DNA of 63,770 nucleotides, the filler included, from Chiloscyllium plagiosum (lineage: Eukaryota): assembly GCF_004010195.1 (NCBI RefSeq). It is 4 parts of one record of this genome, joined end to end, with 100 filler letters (N's around TTAATTAATTAA, not from the genome) between each part and the next. Parts side by side here need not be neighbours in the genome. Positions count along the whole stretch, not along the records: positions 1 to 19,012 come from NC_057717.1; positions 19,113 to 38,336 come from NC_057717.1; 2 more parts are not named here. One strand, given 5' to 3'. The notes beneath the pieces are model-generated. The model made no database searches, was not told the DNA's origin, and saw nothing but the letters and a program-made list of their open reading frames with translations. Shown here piece after piece: positions 12,571 to 23,882 of this stretch (positions are counted from its first letter, which is position 1; the number at the start of each line of letters is the position of its first letter). A program made the position numbers and the translations under genes.

Positions 12571-13254
12571 ATCACGTGGACTGCAGTGGCTCAAGATCTT
12601 CTCAAGGGCAACTGTGAAAATTAACTAAACCTGGCCCAGTCAGAGATACCCATATCCCGTTAACAAATATACGAAATGTCCACACTCAGGGTATACTGAC
12701 AGGGGGAATCAAATCACTTAAGACATGATCTTGGACAAGTGCAGGTTTCCCTCGCTATCTGAAAGAAACCGTTTGCCAGCTGATATGGCGTAAAGTGCAG
12801 TACCACTAATTTATATGGGAAAAAAATCGCCTTTCTTCGTAAAAGTGAAAATTCTCTTCATATTTCTTTTGGTTAGCGAAACAAGGTCCTAATGTAAGTC
12901 ATTCGGAAAGGGAAGTGGTGAAAAGCGAACTTTTGAAAATCGGGGAATACTTGTATTTTCTTGGGCATGACATTCAGGAAGATGGGAATGGCGAAAAATG
13001 AATGAGGTGAATCTCACATCTGATTTCCACCCAGCTGATTATCATTCTCTTTGTTTCCTCTTTTTCTTCTATATCCCTCTTTCTCTATTGATCCTCCTCC
13101 CCTTCAAAGTAGACTTTCCTGTCAACGGTATTAATCACACACCTTTCCAACGGCTTTCAGTTCAGGAAAGTACCTCAGCACTTTCTGTTTGTTTCTTTGC
13201 ATTTCATTGTATAAGTTCAGATTTTCAGCATCTTCCTTTATTTGATTTCACCTT

Positions 13255-13640
13255 CAATTTTGTTATTTCGTGGGATGTTGGCAACTCTGCCAAGGGCAGC
13301 ATTCGGTGACCATCAATAAAAACCCTGACTCTGAGGCCATTCCACAAGCCAATATAATGTAAAGCTCATTGTCATGGGGCTGAAGTCTCACTTAACCCAG
13401 ACCAGGTAATAACATTAGTTTTCTTTATCGAAGGTGATCAGTGAAACAGGAAGATTTTCAGACAAAATGTTGCTTTTATGGTTGTATTTGTGAAATTCAC
13501 TTTTATTCCAATTCATATCAGTTTTATTGATGTTCTGTCATCACCTGTGGTGGAATTGAAACAAATCACTTGAAACAATATCTTTCGTTTAATAGGGTTT
13601 GCTCCTGAAATTCACCCAGTGACATTCCTACATTCATATA
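13255..13640 (-). mobile_element. Old tRNA-headed SINE related to the 1495-3930 LINE (other copies at about 30920-31290, 34820-35170, 40925-41270 on minus, 55450-55640 on plus)
   Basis: Reverse complement resembles the head/body at 1495-1800 and 29830-30140 and the shared CAAGGGCAA...AATAAATGCTG-type tail. Confidence 0.55.
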
Positions 13641-14068
13641 TGGTCCTAATCATGAAGTAACGTCCGAGACAAGAACAATTTTATGATTGAAATATTTGTA
13701 ATCGGAAAAGTGGTCAAAAGGGAGCTTGAAACATTAAGTCTGAATTTTACCAACGTGTAGGCAATGGATTGTTCAGCAACAATACTGACACAGAGATGGA
13801 GATTGGGGATATTAGGAGCTGAGAGTGGACAGGTTTGGTGACAGAGAGAACAAGAGACATAAATCAGTTCAGGACAAAAAGAGATCTCGAGGTTTTGCAC
13901 AGTTTTGTTCTCAGATGTTTGTGAGGGAGTGGTCTGCAATTCATGCGTAACGAATGGAGACTGCAATTGAAACTGAAAACAATAGTTTCTTTCTCTGACA
14001 AATTTCGAAAACAGAAATTGCAACGAAGTTCAAACTTGTTTATGTGATTAATGAATGGACAGAGGTAG

Positions 14069-14260
14069 AGAACACCAACAATAGCGAGAATAGGTTAGTA
14101 GCACACCCTCCACCCCGCCCAGAATGATCATAAGCACTGCTGATATCCGACATGGTAGAAATTCCCAACATGGGGAAAACTTGAAAAGACTCAATAAAAA
14201 CCTCCTCTCCATTGTTGTAATGTTCCAGTCCGCTATTCTCAGATTCAGATCTGTCCTCTC
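14069..14260 (-). pseudogene. Pseudogenised first exon of a GPR139-like GPCR
   Basis: DWNITTMERRFLL...LPCRISAVLMII then frameshifted Y*PILAIVGVL; aligns with 31751-31925; has an insertion/frameshift, TAC>TAA stop and no GTAAG donor. Confidence 0.8.
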
Positions 14261-15879
14261 TCTGTCTACGCAGCTGTTGATCTCTGTTACTGTTTGGAAT
14301 TGATGCATTTACTACTGCAGTGGGATAGTGCACTGAATGAAGCCGTTCACCAATAGGAGAGGGAAACCCTCCAGTGACACAGTTACATTGCATGGATAGT
14401 GACATTAATCATAGTCACTGAGCAACCAGTCCCAGCCTTCAATCCAGCACATTCAGTTCACAATATTACTGGACTGGACGACATATTGACTTTTTTGGCT
14501 ATTTGTCAAATCTTCCATCACCAATTGCTCTAGTGATGTCAGTTCTGAGGGAGAATGGTGGGTGTTATCTTTTCTAGGCTAGATGATTCTGCTCTGCTAT
14601 CCGTATACTATGCTGTCACCATCTCTCCACAAATCCCCCCACCCCACAAAATAAACACGACCAGGATGTTGTCACTGTGCGGATCTCTCCTCCACGGGAA
14701 CAAACGCCAGCCAACACATTGTCACTGGGCACAGTTGCCCTAAACATAGACTGGAAGTGTGGACTTCTCTGAATGTTCATCTCACTGCTCTAATAAGACA
14801 ACTTTGGAACTTCCAAAGGGAATATGCTTCAGTAATTTATTTATACAAATTGACAAACTTCTAAATGCAGTTTTATTTGCTGTAAACCATATTTTTGACG
14901 CATTTTGGCCTCAGCCCAAAACCAAAAGTGATAATTACAATGAACATATTCATTTAGTCTTATTAATTAATGAGTCAGGTTCGAACGAACATTACATTGG
15001 CTGGGAGATAAGACAGAATGGGGTTAGTGGTTGTGGACACTGCATGGGGTTTACAATGATATTCCCCAGTCATCATCGCTCTTTCTGACAGATAGAATTA
15101 AATGTAATGCACAACAAGGAAACAGCCAACGTTTCGGAGATGCAATGATGAATGACAATGTGAACTAAACAGGATCATTTTATATGTGATAGAGTGAACT
15201 ATGTTTTATATGCACACCATTTAATCACTGAGAATACAGATTGAGTAGGGTCACTGGACCTGAAACATTAACTTTGATTTCTCTTCACAGATACTGCCAG
15301 ACCTGCCGAGCTTGCCCTCTAAGTTCTGTTTTTTTTTTATGTTTGAGATTGATCGTATTGTCCATATCTGGCAGGATACTTACAATTAAAATCAGACACT
15401 AAAAACAAAGTGTGGAGGTCTATGGGGACAATACAGGAGACTAACAGTAGAGATATAGTCGTTTCAAGCTGGAAGAGACAATGGGCTGAGTTTCCCCCAC
15501 GTTTCCTGTAAATAATTCTGTGATATGTAATTAAAGCCTTTAGAGATTGGGTAGACAAGCTAGTTCAACGAAGGCCATAGAGTGCTCCACAATCAATAAT
15601 TTATTTCTGTTATCTCATGAAATTTCAGCTGCCTCTGAAATGTCTTTTCAAACAAATTGGAGTTCCTGAGATTTACAGGATATTCAGACAAATATTTTTC
15701 TTTTCCTTTGAATCTTAAAGAAGATACAGATTTCGGCCGTAACACAGGTGTCCCAGACGCACCAACCATTATAGGAACAGGAAAGGACTACATTGTCCAC
15801 ATATAACCAAATTCTGCATGTAACCCTATCAAGCAACATGAAATATAGTGATACAGAAACATGAAATACTAACAGGAAA

Positions 15880-16045
15880 TGGTGGTAGAAGCACAACAGA
15901 TGAGGAAGTATCTGCAGAGAGTAACAGAGTTAACATATCGAATATGATGTGACACTGTTCAGAAAAAGTCATATTGGAATCAAAGGTTAATTCTGTGTAT
16001 CTCTGCTCAGAGAGTGCCAGACCTGCTGAGTTTCCCTCTATCGAT
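15880..16045. mobile_element. Old Penelope-derived fold-back fragment (another fragment at about 15240-15335)
   Basis: Degenerate inverted arms with the PLE terminal motif TGCCAGACCTGCTGAGTTT; the 15240 fragment has GGGTCACTGGACCTGAAACATTAAC. Confidence 0.55.
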
Positions 16046-16120
16046 TTTTCCTTTATGAACTGTGACAAATCGACTGATCTGAACGATATAAGCAAAGTTG
16101 CTATCTCAGTTGAATCTCGA

Positions 16121-17143
16121 GTAATTTGTAACCAAAATAGAAAATGCTGGAAAAATCTCAGCAAGTCTGGCAGCATCTGTATGGAGAGAAAAGAGCTGAT
16201 GTTTCGAGTCTAAGTGCCTCTGTGGAGAGAAATCAGAATTTAGTTCAGTGGCTCTTCCTCAGAACGGGTGGTAGCCCTGAAAATGTTGATTTATATACAG
16301 AAGAGGCTGAATAGCTGTTAATGGAGACTGTTAGTAGCTAACAATAGGGGGTTAATAGTGGAATACTAAGTGAGTACCTGGCCTGGTGGGTAGGGGGCAT
16401 TGAGGAGTTCAGTCCCTAAAATTATTGAATACTGTTTTGAGTCAGAATGGCTGCAGGGTCCACCGGCGGAAAATGATGTGTTGTTCTTCCAGCTTGCGTT
16501 GAAATGTCCTGGAACACTGCAGCAAGCCTGATGCAGAGATATTGGCCAGGGAACAGGATGGGATAAAGCTGTATTAAACTGGCAGGCAACTGGAAACTCA
16601 GGGTCTTTTGCATAGGTACAGCTTGGATGTAATTTGTAACCAAAATAGAAAATGCTGGAAAAATCTCAGCAAGTCTGGCAGCATCTGTATGGAGAGAAAA
16701 GAGCTGATGTTTCGAGTCTAAGTGCCTCTGTGGAGAGAAATCAGAATTAAAGTATTTAGTTCAGTGGCTCTTCCTCAGAACGGTTGGTAGCCCTGAAAAT
16801 GTTGATTTATATACAGAAGAGGCTGAATAGCTGTTAATGGAGACTGTTAGTAGCTAACAATAGTGGGTTAGTAGTGGAATACTAAGTGAGTACCTGGCCT
16901 GGTGGTAGGGGGCATTGAGGAGTTCAGTCCCTAAAATTATTGAATACTGTTTTGAGTCTGAATGGCTGCAGGGTCCACCGGCGGAAAATGATGTATTGTT
17001 CTTCCAGCTTGCGTTGAAATGTCCTGGAACACTGCAGCAAGCCTGATGCAGAGATATTGGCCAGGGAACAGGATGGGATAAAGCTGTATTAAACTGGCAG
17101 GCAACTGGAAACTCAGGGTCTTTTGCATCGGTACAGCTTGGAT
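16121..17143. repeat. Near-identical tandem duplication, unit about 508 bp (16121-16628 / 16629-17143)
   Basis: Both units start GTAATTTGTAACCAAAATAG and end GTACAGCTTGGAT; ORFs 16422 and 16937 are nearly identical. Confidence 0.95.
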
Positions 17144-18805
17144 ATTCTGTGAAGTAATCACCCAGTCTACCTTTAGTTTCCCCAATGTCGAACAGACCAC
17201 AATGTGAGCAGCGAATACAGTCGACCAGATTGTGGGAAATATTGATCGGTTGCTGCTTCACCTTGGAGGTATGTTTGGCCTTTGTATAGTGAGAAGGGAG
17301 AAGGTAAATGGGAACGTGTAACACCTCCGGAAGGGGAAAGTGAAGTGTACCTGTGGTTGGGAGTGGGGGAGGTGGGGGGGGGGGGGGGGGGGAGATGTGG
17401 GCAGTGAATAACGAGCGGACATGGGTGTCCTGGAGGAAATGGTCACTTCAGAAGGCGGAAAAGGGAGAGGAGGCAAATATGTGTCTGGTGTTTGGATCTC
17501 GCTGGAAGTGGGGGAAATGCAGACTGATGATGTTCTGCATGTTAATGCTCGTGGGATGGTAGGTAAGAACAGGGAGAACTCAAACGCTGTTGCAGGAAGG
17601 AGGACAGAGGGTGAGTGTAGAAGTGCAGGAGGTGGGTCAGAACTGGTTGAGAGCCCTGTCGACAAAAGTACAGGGGAATTCTCGGTTGAGGGAGAAGGTG
17701 GACATTTCAGAGGCCACATTTATAAAGTCGAAATCATCAGAAGCAATACAGTTGAGAGGGAGGAACTGGGGGAATGGAATGGAGTCTTTGCAGGGAACAG
17801 CGTGTGAGGGTGTATACTCCACGTAGCTGTGGGAGTCGGTGGCTTAATACTGGATATCAGTGACCCGTCTATTCCCAGAAATAGAAGTAGAGATGTCGAG
17901 GAAAGAAAGGGAGGTGTCAGAGATAGACCAGGTGAAAGTGAGGGAGGAGTGTAAATTGGAAACAATAAACTTTTCCAATTCCGGTCACGAGAAAGGAGCA
18001 GCAGCGATGATATCATCTACGTATTGGAGAAACAGTTGTGGGTGGGGGCTGGAAGGAACTGCAACAGGGAATGGTCTACGTACCCCATGAAGGAACAGGA
18101 AGAACTTGGGTCCACGTGTGTATCCATGCATACCGCTCTGTATGGCAGGAGCAGGCTGAAGCAATGGGTCTGCATTGGCAGTTCTGTTTGTGAATTTTCA
18201 GGAGGACATAAAAGCGAGCTCTGCTATAAGATGACCATCAGCCTCGGGACTGTTAGGTGGGGGCGAATGGGTGGGAATCTCCAGATGAAATGTTGTCAGA
18301 TTTAGTTAATAAAATGGCCTGATGTGCCATGGCAGGGTTATGGAGCAGCAGGTGATGTGTGGAGGTATCTGAGAGCTGGCACTCAGCCTATGAAATGGAG
18401 AGGTGATTCCACCAGACTACAGTAGCACCACCCTTATCGGCACAGGCTGAATTACACAGTCAAGGTTGGATCGAAGCATACAGTGTACAGTCTGCTCAGA
18501 GAGTGATAGGTTGGATATGATGAGGGGGATGCAGAGAAAGTAAAACAATCAGTGTCACATTGAAAGTTCTCAACGAGCAGATTGAGTCAAAGTAAACACC
18601 AGAGGAATGGGTCCAGGCGGAGGAAGAGTGTTGGAGCTGGTGGGGGGAGGGGGGGGGGGGTCTGTGGGATGGGGAGTGGACTCTTGCCCAAAGAAATGGA
18701 CTCGAAATGTGTTGCTGGAATGGACTCTTGCCCAAAGAAATGGACTGGAAATGTGTTGCTGGAAAAGCGCAGTAGGTCAGGCAGCATCCAGGGAACAGGA
18801 GAATC

Positions 18806-18833
18806 GACGTTTCGGGCATAAGCCCTTCTTCAG
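18806..18833 (-). ncRNA. Minimal hammerhead ribozyme motif (PLE family B)
   Basis: CTGAAGA-A-GGGC-TTAT-GCCC-GAAA-CGTC on the minus strand; intact core, GUC triplet. Confidence 0.75.
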
Positions 18834-19012
18834 GAATGAGGAAAGTTTGTCCAGCAGGCTAAGATAAAAGGTAGGGAGGAGGGACTTGGGGGAGGGGCGT
18901 CGGAAATGTGATAGGTGGAAAGAGGTCAAGGTGAGGGTGATAGGTCAGACGGGAGTGGGGGCGGAGAGGTCGGGAAGAAGATTGCAGGTTAGGAAGGCGG
19001 TGCTGAGTTCGA

Positions 19013-19112
19013 NNNNNNNNNNNNNNNNNNNNNNNNNNNNNNNNNNNNNNNNNNNNTTAATTAATTAANNNNNNNNNNNNNNNNNNNNNNNNNNNNNNNN
19101 NNNNNNNNNNNN
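19013..19112. other. Contig-join gap with synthetic TTAATTAATTAA linker (also about 38337-38436 and 60852-60951)
   Basis: Identical N-TTAATTAATTAA-N blocks of about 100 nt; the linker places stops in all six frames. Confidence 0.95.
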
Positions 19113-19367
19113 GAGATCAGAGCTGAAAATGTGTTGCTGGAAAAGCGCAGCAGGTCAGGCAGCATCCAGGGAACAGGAGAATCGACGTTTCGGTCATAAG
19201 CCCTTCTTCAGGAATGAGGAAAGTTTGTCTAGCAGGCTAAGATAATAGGTAGGGAGCCTATCACCCTTACCTTGACCTCTTTCCACCTATCACATTTCCG
19301 ACGCCCCTCCCCCAAGTCCCTCCTCCCTACCTTTTATCTTAGCCTGCTGGACAAACTTTCCTCATTC

Positions 19368-19395
19368 CTGAAGAAGGGCTTATGCCCGAAACGTC
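19368..19395 (+). ncRNA. Minimal hammerhead ribozyme motif (PLE family B)
   Basis: CTGAAGA-A-GGGC-TTAT-GCCC-GAAA-CGTC; ACGT palindrome, GUC triplet. Another copy with a stem mismatch at 19184-19211 (minus). Confidence 0.75.
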
Positions 19396-20787
19396 GATTC
19401 TCCTGTTCCCTGGATGCTGCCTGACCTGCTGCGCTTTTCCAGCAACACATTTCCAGCTCTGATCTCCAGCATCTGCAGACCTCACTTTCTCCCCAAAGAA
19501 ATAGACACCGAGCGAGGACGGTGGAAGAGAAGTTCAACATGTCGTTCCTGAAATTCATTAAAGTAGGGGCACAGAGGGATAAAGCTGAGACCTTTGCTGA
19601 GTACAGAACATTCAGTATTAGAGCGTGGAAGATTAGAGGGATAGTGAATACACTACAGGAGGTGGGCTTGGGGAAGGGGATTGACTCAGAGCGCAGGGCA
19701 TGGGTGGGCTGGCAGGTTCCAAAGGCTCATAGGCATCTCTAAGTTATTACATCTTGTGGGCCTCGTATATCTGGCGAGCATGGCTAATGAACTGGAGAAT
19801 GAAGTAGAATTGTGGAACGATGCAGCCTTGAGCCAATGTGATGAGATGCTGTTGGACAGAGGAAATGTTGATCTCAGTGGCACTGACATCGTACGATCAG
19901 TCCTCAGAAAGTAACCTGATTGAAAATAATCGGAATCGTTATCTTATTGTGATGCTCTGATTTCATTGGGGTGACACTCGATCAGCAAGGTCTTACTTTT
20001 CTGAGACTTTAGATCAAACTGCGAAAACAAATGATGTTATTAATAAGACAAATCCATCCATCGTTTTGGAAGGTATTAGCAAAGGCAGAGTTCATTTGTC
20101 ATTTCCAATAACTCTAGGGAAGGTGTCATTGTTTATTGAGGAAATTACCAGCACAGAATTTCCTCCGATTCCCGTTAACCACAGTTTGCTGAGGATTGAT
20201 GATGCTACATGAGTCAAATATTACTTTGATGCAAGGGAAGTTACTCTGATATCACCTCTAATGACATTGGAAAATCAGTTAAAATGGTAAAGAGCAAAAT
20301 AATAGAACACGGCTTATTTGAACAATATGGTCTCTGTCCTCACGTTTAAGGAAAAACTGATACATGGACGTCTGATTCTGAGGAGAGATTTTTCCTATTT
20401 GTGATGAGGCTGTTTGGCGTAGCGTTGTGACACAGAGACACAAACATCTCCTGCTGCTTCATCAATGTCTTTCCCTCAGTCATACGATCAGAAGTGGAGA
20501 TATTCTTTGAAGATTATACAATGTTCAGAATAATAAGTAACCTCCTAAGGTACTAAAGTATCAAATGTGGACAACATTCAAGCTTGTGCTGTTAATGTAT
20601 AGGTAACATTAATCAAAAGCACTGCTGGACACTAAACATTTCCACGGTTAAAAGAAAGAGGAACCCCTTCAACAACTCTAGCTGGTTTCTCAATAATATA
20701 AGAAAGCCATTCAGCCCATCAGATCTATTGGATAACAAGAGGCCCAATGCGTTCACTCACTCCTGCCTATTACACAAGAAGACAATT

Positions 20788-21810
20788 TAAAATAAAAGCA
20801 GATGTTGGAATCCAAAATACACACGCAGGAAGCTGGAAGAACAGAATAAGCAAGGCAGCATCAAGACTTTGAGTAGTGAACGCCTTGGATATAACTCTTC
20901 GTCAGGACTGTGGATGGGAGTAAGGGGTCTATTGATAAAGGGGCGAGTGAGGAAGGAGGAGGCAGAGTGCCGAGGTGGGGATAAGTGAACACAGATAAAG
21001 GGTATCAGCGAGTTGTTGATGGGAGGGCTGAATCCAGTTAGTAGCTGGACAAAAGGTTGCTCAGAGGAATGGAAGAGAGGGGAGGGCCTGGGAAGGGAGT
21101 CACGGGGATTTGAAGGGAGGTTATTTGAAATTGGAGAATTCAATGTTGAGTCCCCGGGGTGTCGGCTGCACAGGTGACAGATGAGATTTTGTTCCTCTAA
21201 ATTATGCTTTGGTTCATTGTGGCAATGGAGGAGGCCAAGGATGGCCATGTCGGAAAGGGGTTTGGGAAAGAGAATTGAAATAGGAAGTGACTGGGAGGTC
21301 TTCCATTCCACCTAACGACTCTACCTTTCAGCTCCCAACCGAATTCATCCCTCCCATCGCCCAACCATGTTGCACCCACCACTTGTGTCCACATAGCCGT
21401 AACTCACCATCTCCCTGATCTCCCCACCACAACCACACACTTCCCTCTTTATCTGCAGCTCCCCCTACCCCCCCAACCCTGTTCCGAAGAACGGTTATAC
21501 CCGAAATGATGACTTTCCCAGCTTATGATGCTGCCTGGCTTGCTGTAGAACATAGAACATAGAATAATACAGCACAGTACAGGCCCTGTGGCCATCGATG
21601 TTGCGCCGATCCAAGCCCACCTAACCTACACTAGCCCACAATCCTCCATATGCCTATCCGATGCCCGTTTAAATGCCCATAAAGAGGGAGAGTCCACCAC
21701 TGTTACTGGCAGGGCAATTCATGAACTCACGACTTGCTGAGTAAAGTATCTACCCCTAATATCTGTCCTATACCTACCATCCCTGTGTTCTTCCAGCCTT
21801 CCGTTTGTGT
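20788..21810. mobile_element. Penelope fragment with inverted ends, carrying a nested CR1 3' end (about 21546-21780, minus)
   Basis: Minus ORF DMAILGLLHCHNEPKHNLEEQNLICHL (GIY-YIG C-terminus); degenerate hammerhead remnants near 20880-20906 and 21484-21510; TAGAACATAGAACATAGAA CR1 tail. Confidence 0.8.
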
Positions 21811-22182
21811 CCTATACCTCAGGAAAATAGAGTCTACTCAGCACAATACGCAGGGAGGCAGGAACGGTTTGCCCACTGATGTCCTTGAACCTCTGCCCTC
21901 GGGCCAGGAGGAAGAAATTCAGTTCCACGAGACACTGGCACATGAACCGAAGAAGCCATTCAGCCCCTCCAAACGGTAACATTGAAATAGCAGGATATTA
22001 TTGTTGGTGCAACACGACAAACCAATGTAGTATAGACTGCACAGACAGACTGTTCCATGTTGTTCCTCCTGGCTCCATTGCTAATGGTGTACACGTGTTA
22101 TGTTAACGTGGTTTGCTGATCATGAGGAAGGAGAGTGATTGGTTTGCGCCAAGTCCCAAGGAGGCATCTTCCATCTTCGAGA

Positions 22183-22838
22183 TGTTATGGACTAGGTTAG
22201 ACTACTCAAAACACTTTTAAGCAGGCACCCCAGCGCATACCTTTGCAATTTGTTTCGGTAAGTGTACAATGAAAATTACCCGGAATAATTTAGCTGGGGG
22301 TGACTACTAGATTTTAAACCAGACAAAAACTTTATTCATAAAATTACACAATGAAACACAAAGAATAGAATAAAGAATTACAACAGAATTCAACCTATTC
22401 AGCTAGACTGAATCTTGCTGTTCCGAATATACACAACTGTCCCAATAAGCAAACTCCCAATAACAACCAGTATAAATGGAACACAAACTTCCAGATTGAA
22501 ATTGAAGGTCAAAAGAGAGAGAGAGTTTCCACACAGCTCCCAGTTGAATTTTCCAGTTCAAAACTCAACTGAAAACTGCTCAGCTCAGCGAGTTCAGCTA
22601 AAATAGCTCACCACTCTCCGTCCATTATACTGGTCACTTATAAAGCATGACCACTTTGGCTTGAAGTTTCATCTGTTTCCATATAAACAAAAGGCCTCTG
22701 AAAATACTTTTCATCTCTGTACCAAATCAGGCTGATCGGAGCTTAGCCCCGTTTTATTATGCCTCTGAAAAGAAAAGGACAGAGTCTACTTGAGCCAAGG
22801 AACAGCTTTTATACAAAAAAGGGACTTGATTTGTGACA
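22183..22838 (-). repeat. 3' LTR of the Gmr1-like element
   Basis: TGTTATGG...TGTGACA; adjacent PPT (minus GGGAGGGAGAGA, about 22841-22852). Confidence 0.9.
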
Positions 22839-23882
22839 TGTCTCTCCCTCCCAACAAAAATATCAAAACTAAAAGGTGGCTGCATTTTTAACTCCTCAAA
22901 CCCAATTAGTAGTATCAAAACTGACAGACACACTATACTAACTGTAAACATTCAAACATGCACAAACCCATGCAAATTCAGGTCACGGTACATCCTCCAC
23001 TGAGTCTCAATAACTCAGCAGCTTTCACGTTTTCGCGACCTGCCACATGCACAATTGTCAGATTTTGTTTCAGTAAGTGTACAATGAAAATTACCCGGAA
23101 TAATTTAGCTGGGGGTGACTACTAGATTTTAAACCAGACAAAAACTTTATTCATAAAATTACACAATGAAACACAAAGAATAGAATAAAGAATTACAACA
23201 GAATTCAACCTATTCAGCTAGACTGAATCTTGCTGTTCCGAATATACACAACTGTCCCAATAAGCAAACTCCCAATAACAACCAGTATAAATGGAACACA
23301 AACTTCCAGATTGAAGTTGAAGGTCAAAAGAGAGAGAGAGTTTCCACGCAGCTCCCAGTTGAATTTCCCAGTTCAAAACTCAACTGAAAACTGCTCAGCT
23401 CAGCGAGTTCAGCTAAAATAGCTCACCACTCTCCGTCCATTATACTAGTCACTGATAAAGCATGACCACTTTGGCCTGAAGTTTCATCTGTTTCCATATA
23501 AACAAAAGGCCTCTGAAAATACTTTTCATCTCTGTACCAAACCAGACTGATCGGAGCTTAGCCCCGTTTTATTATGCCTCTGAAAAGAAAAGGACAGAGT
23601 CTACTTGAGCCAAGGAACAGCTTTTATACAAAAAAGGGACTTGATTTGTGACATGTCTCTCCCCCCCCCCTACAAAAATATCAAAACTAAAAGGTGGCTG
23701 CATTTTTAACTCCTCAAACCCAATTAGTAGTCTCAAAACTGACAGACACACTATACTAACTGTAAACATTCAAACATGCACAAACCCATGCAAATTCAGG
23801 TCACGGTAGTATCTCATTCGAGTCTCAATAACTCAGCAGCTTTCACGTTTTCGCGACCTGCCACATGCACAATTGTCAGATT
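22249..23882. repeat. Tandem duplication of about 815 bp covering most of the 3' LTR and the end of pol
   Basis: ORF pairs 22415/23230 and 22757/23572 are nearly identical, offset 815. Confidence 0.95.

Larger units (their letters stand above)
12570..14910. repeat. Segmental duplication copy A (paralogous to about 30455-32620)
   Basis: Colinear matches, e.g. GTTCTCAGATGTTTGTGAGGG (13907, 31568), GAACACCAACAATAGCGAG (14070, 31754), AGTCACTGA (14413, 32122), GATCTCTCCTC (14682, 32395). Confidence 0.85.
18700..19492. mobile_element. Young Penelope terminal repeats (family B) in direct and inverted arrangement, spanning a gap
   Basis: Three copies of AAATGTGTTGCTGGAAAAGCGCAG...GAATCGACGTTTCGG; flanked by CCAAAGAAATGGAC / CCAAAGAAATAGAC (probable TSD). 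Confidence 0.9.
16127..19900 (-). mobile_element. Decayed near-full-length Penelope-like element (RT and GIY-YIG), interrupted by a younger PLE
   Basis: Minus-strand NLVDCIRCSHCGLFDIGETKGRLGDYFTE...PVACQFN (GIY-YIG); KPPTPTATWSI and SHAVPCKDSIPFPQFL (PLE RT C-terminus); YVDDI catalytic motif near 18009-18023. Confidence 0.85.

Noticed and set aside
18677..18765. 43-bp direct duplication at the Penelope junction
   Set aside because: Next to a G homopolymer and near a gap; most likely local misassembly.
19057..19068. TTAATTAATTAA palindrome inside N runs (also 38381-38392 and 60896-60907)
   Set aside because: Synthetic six-frame-stop linker marking contig joins; not biological.
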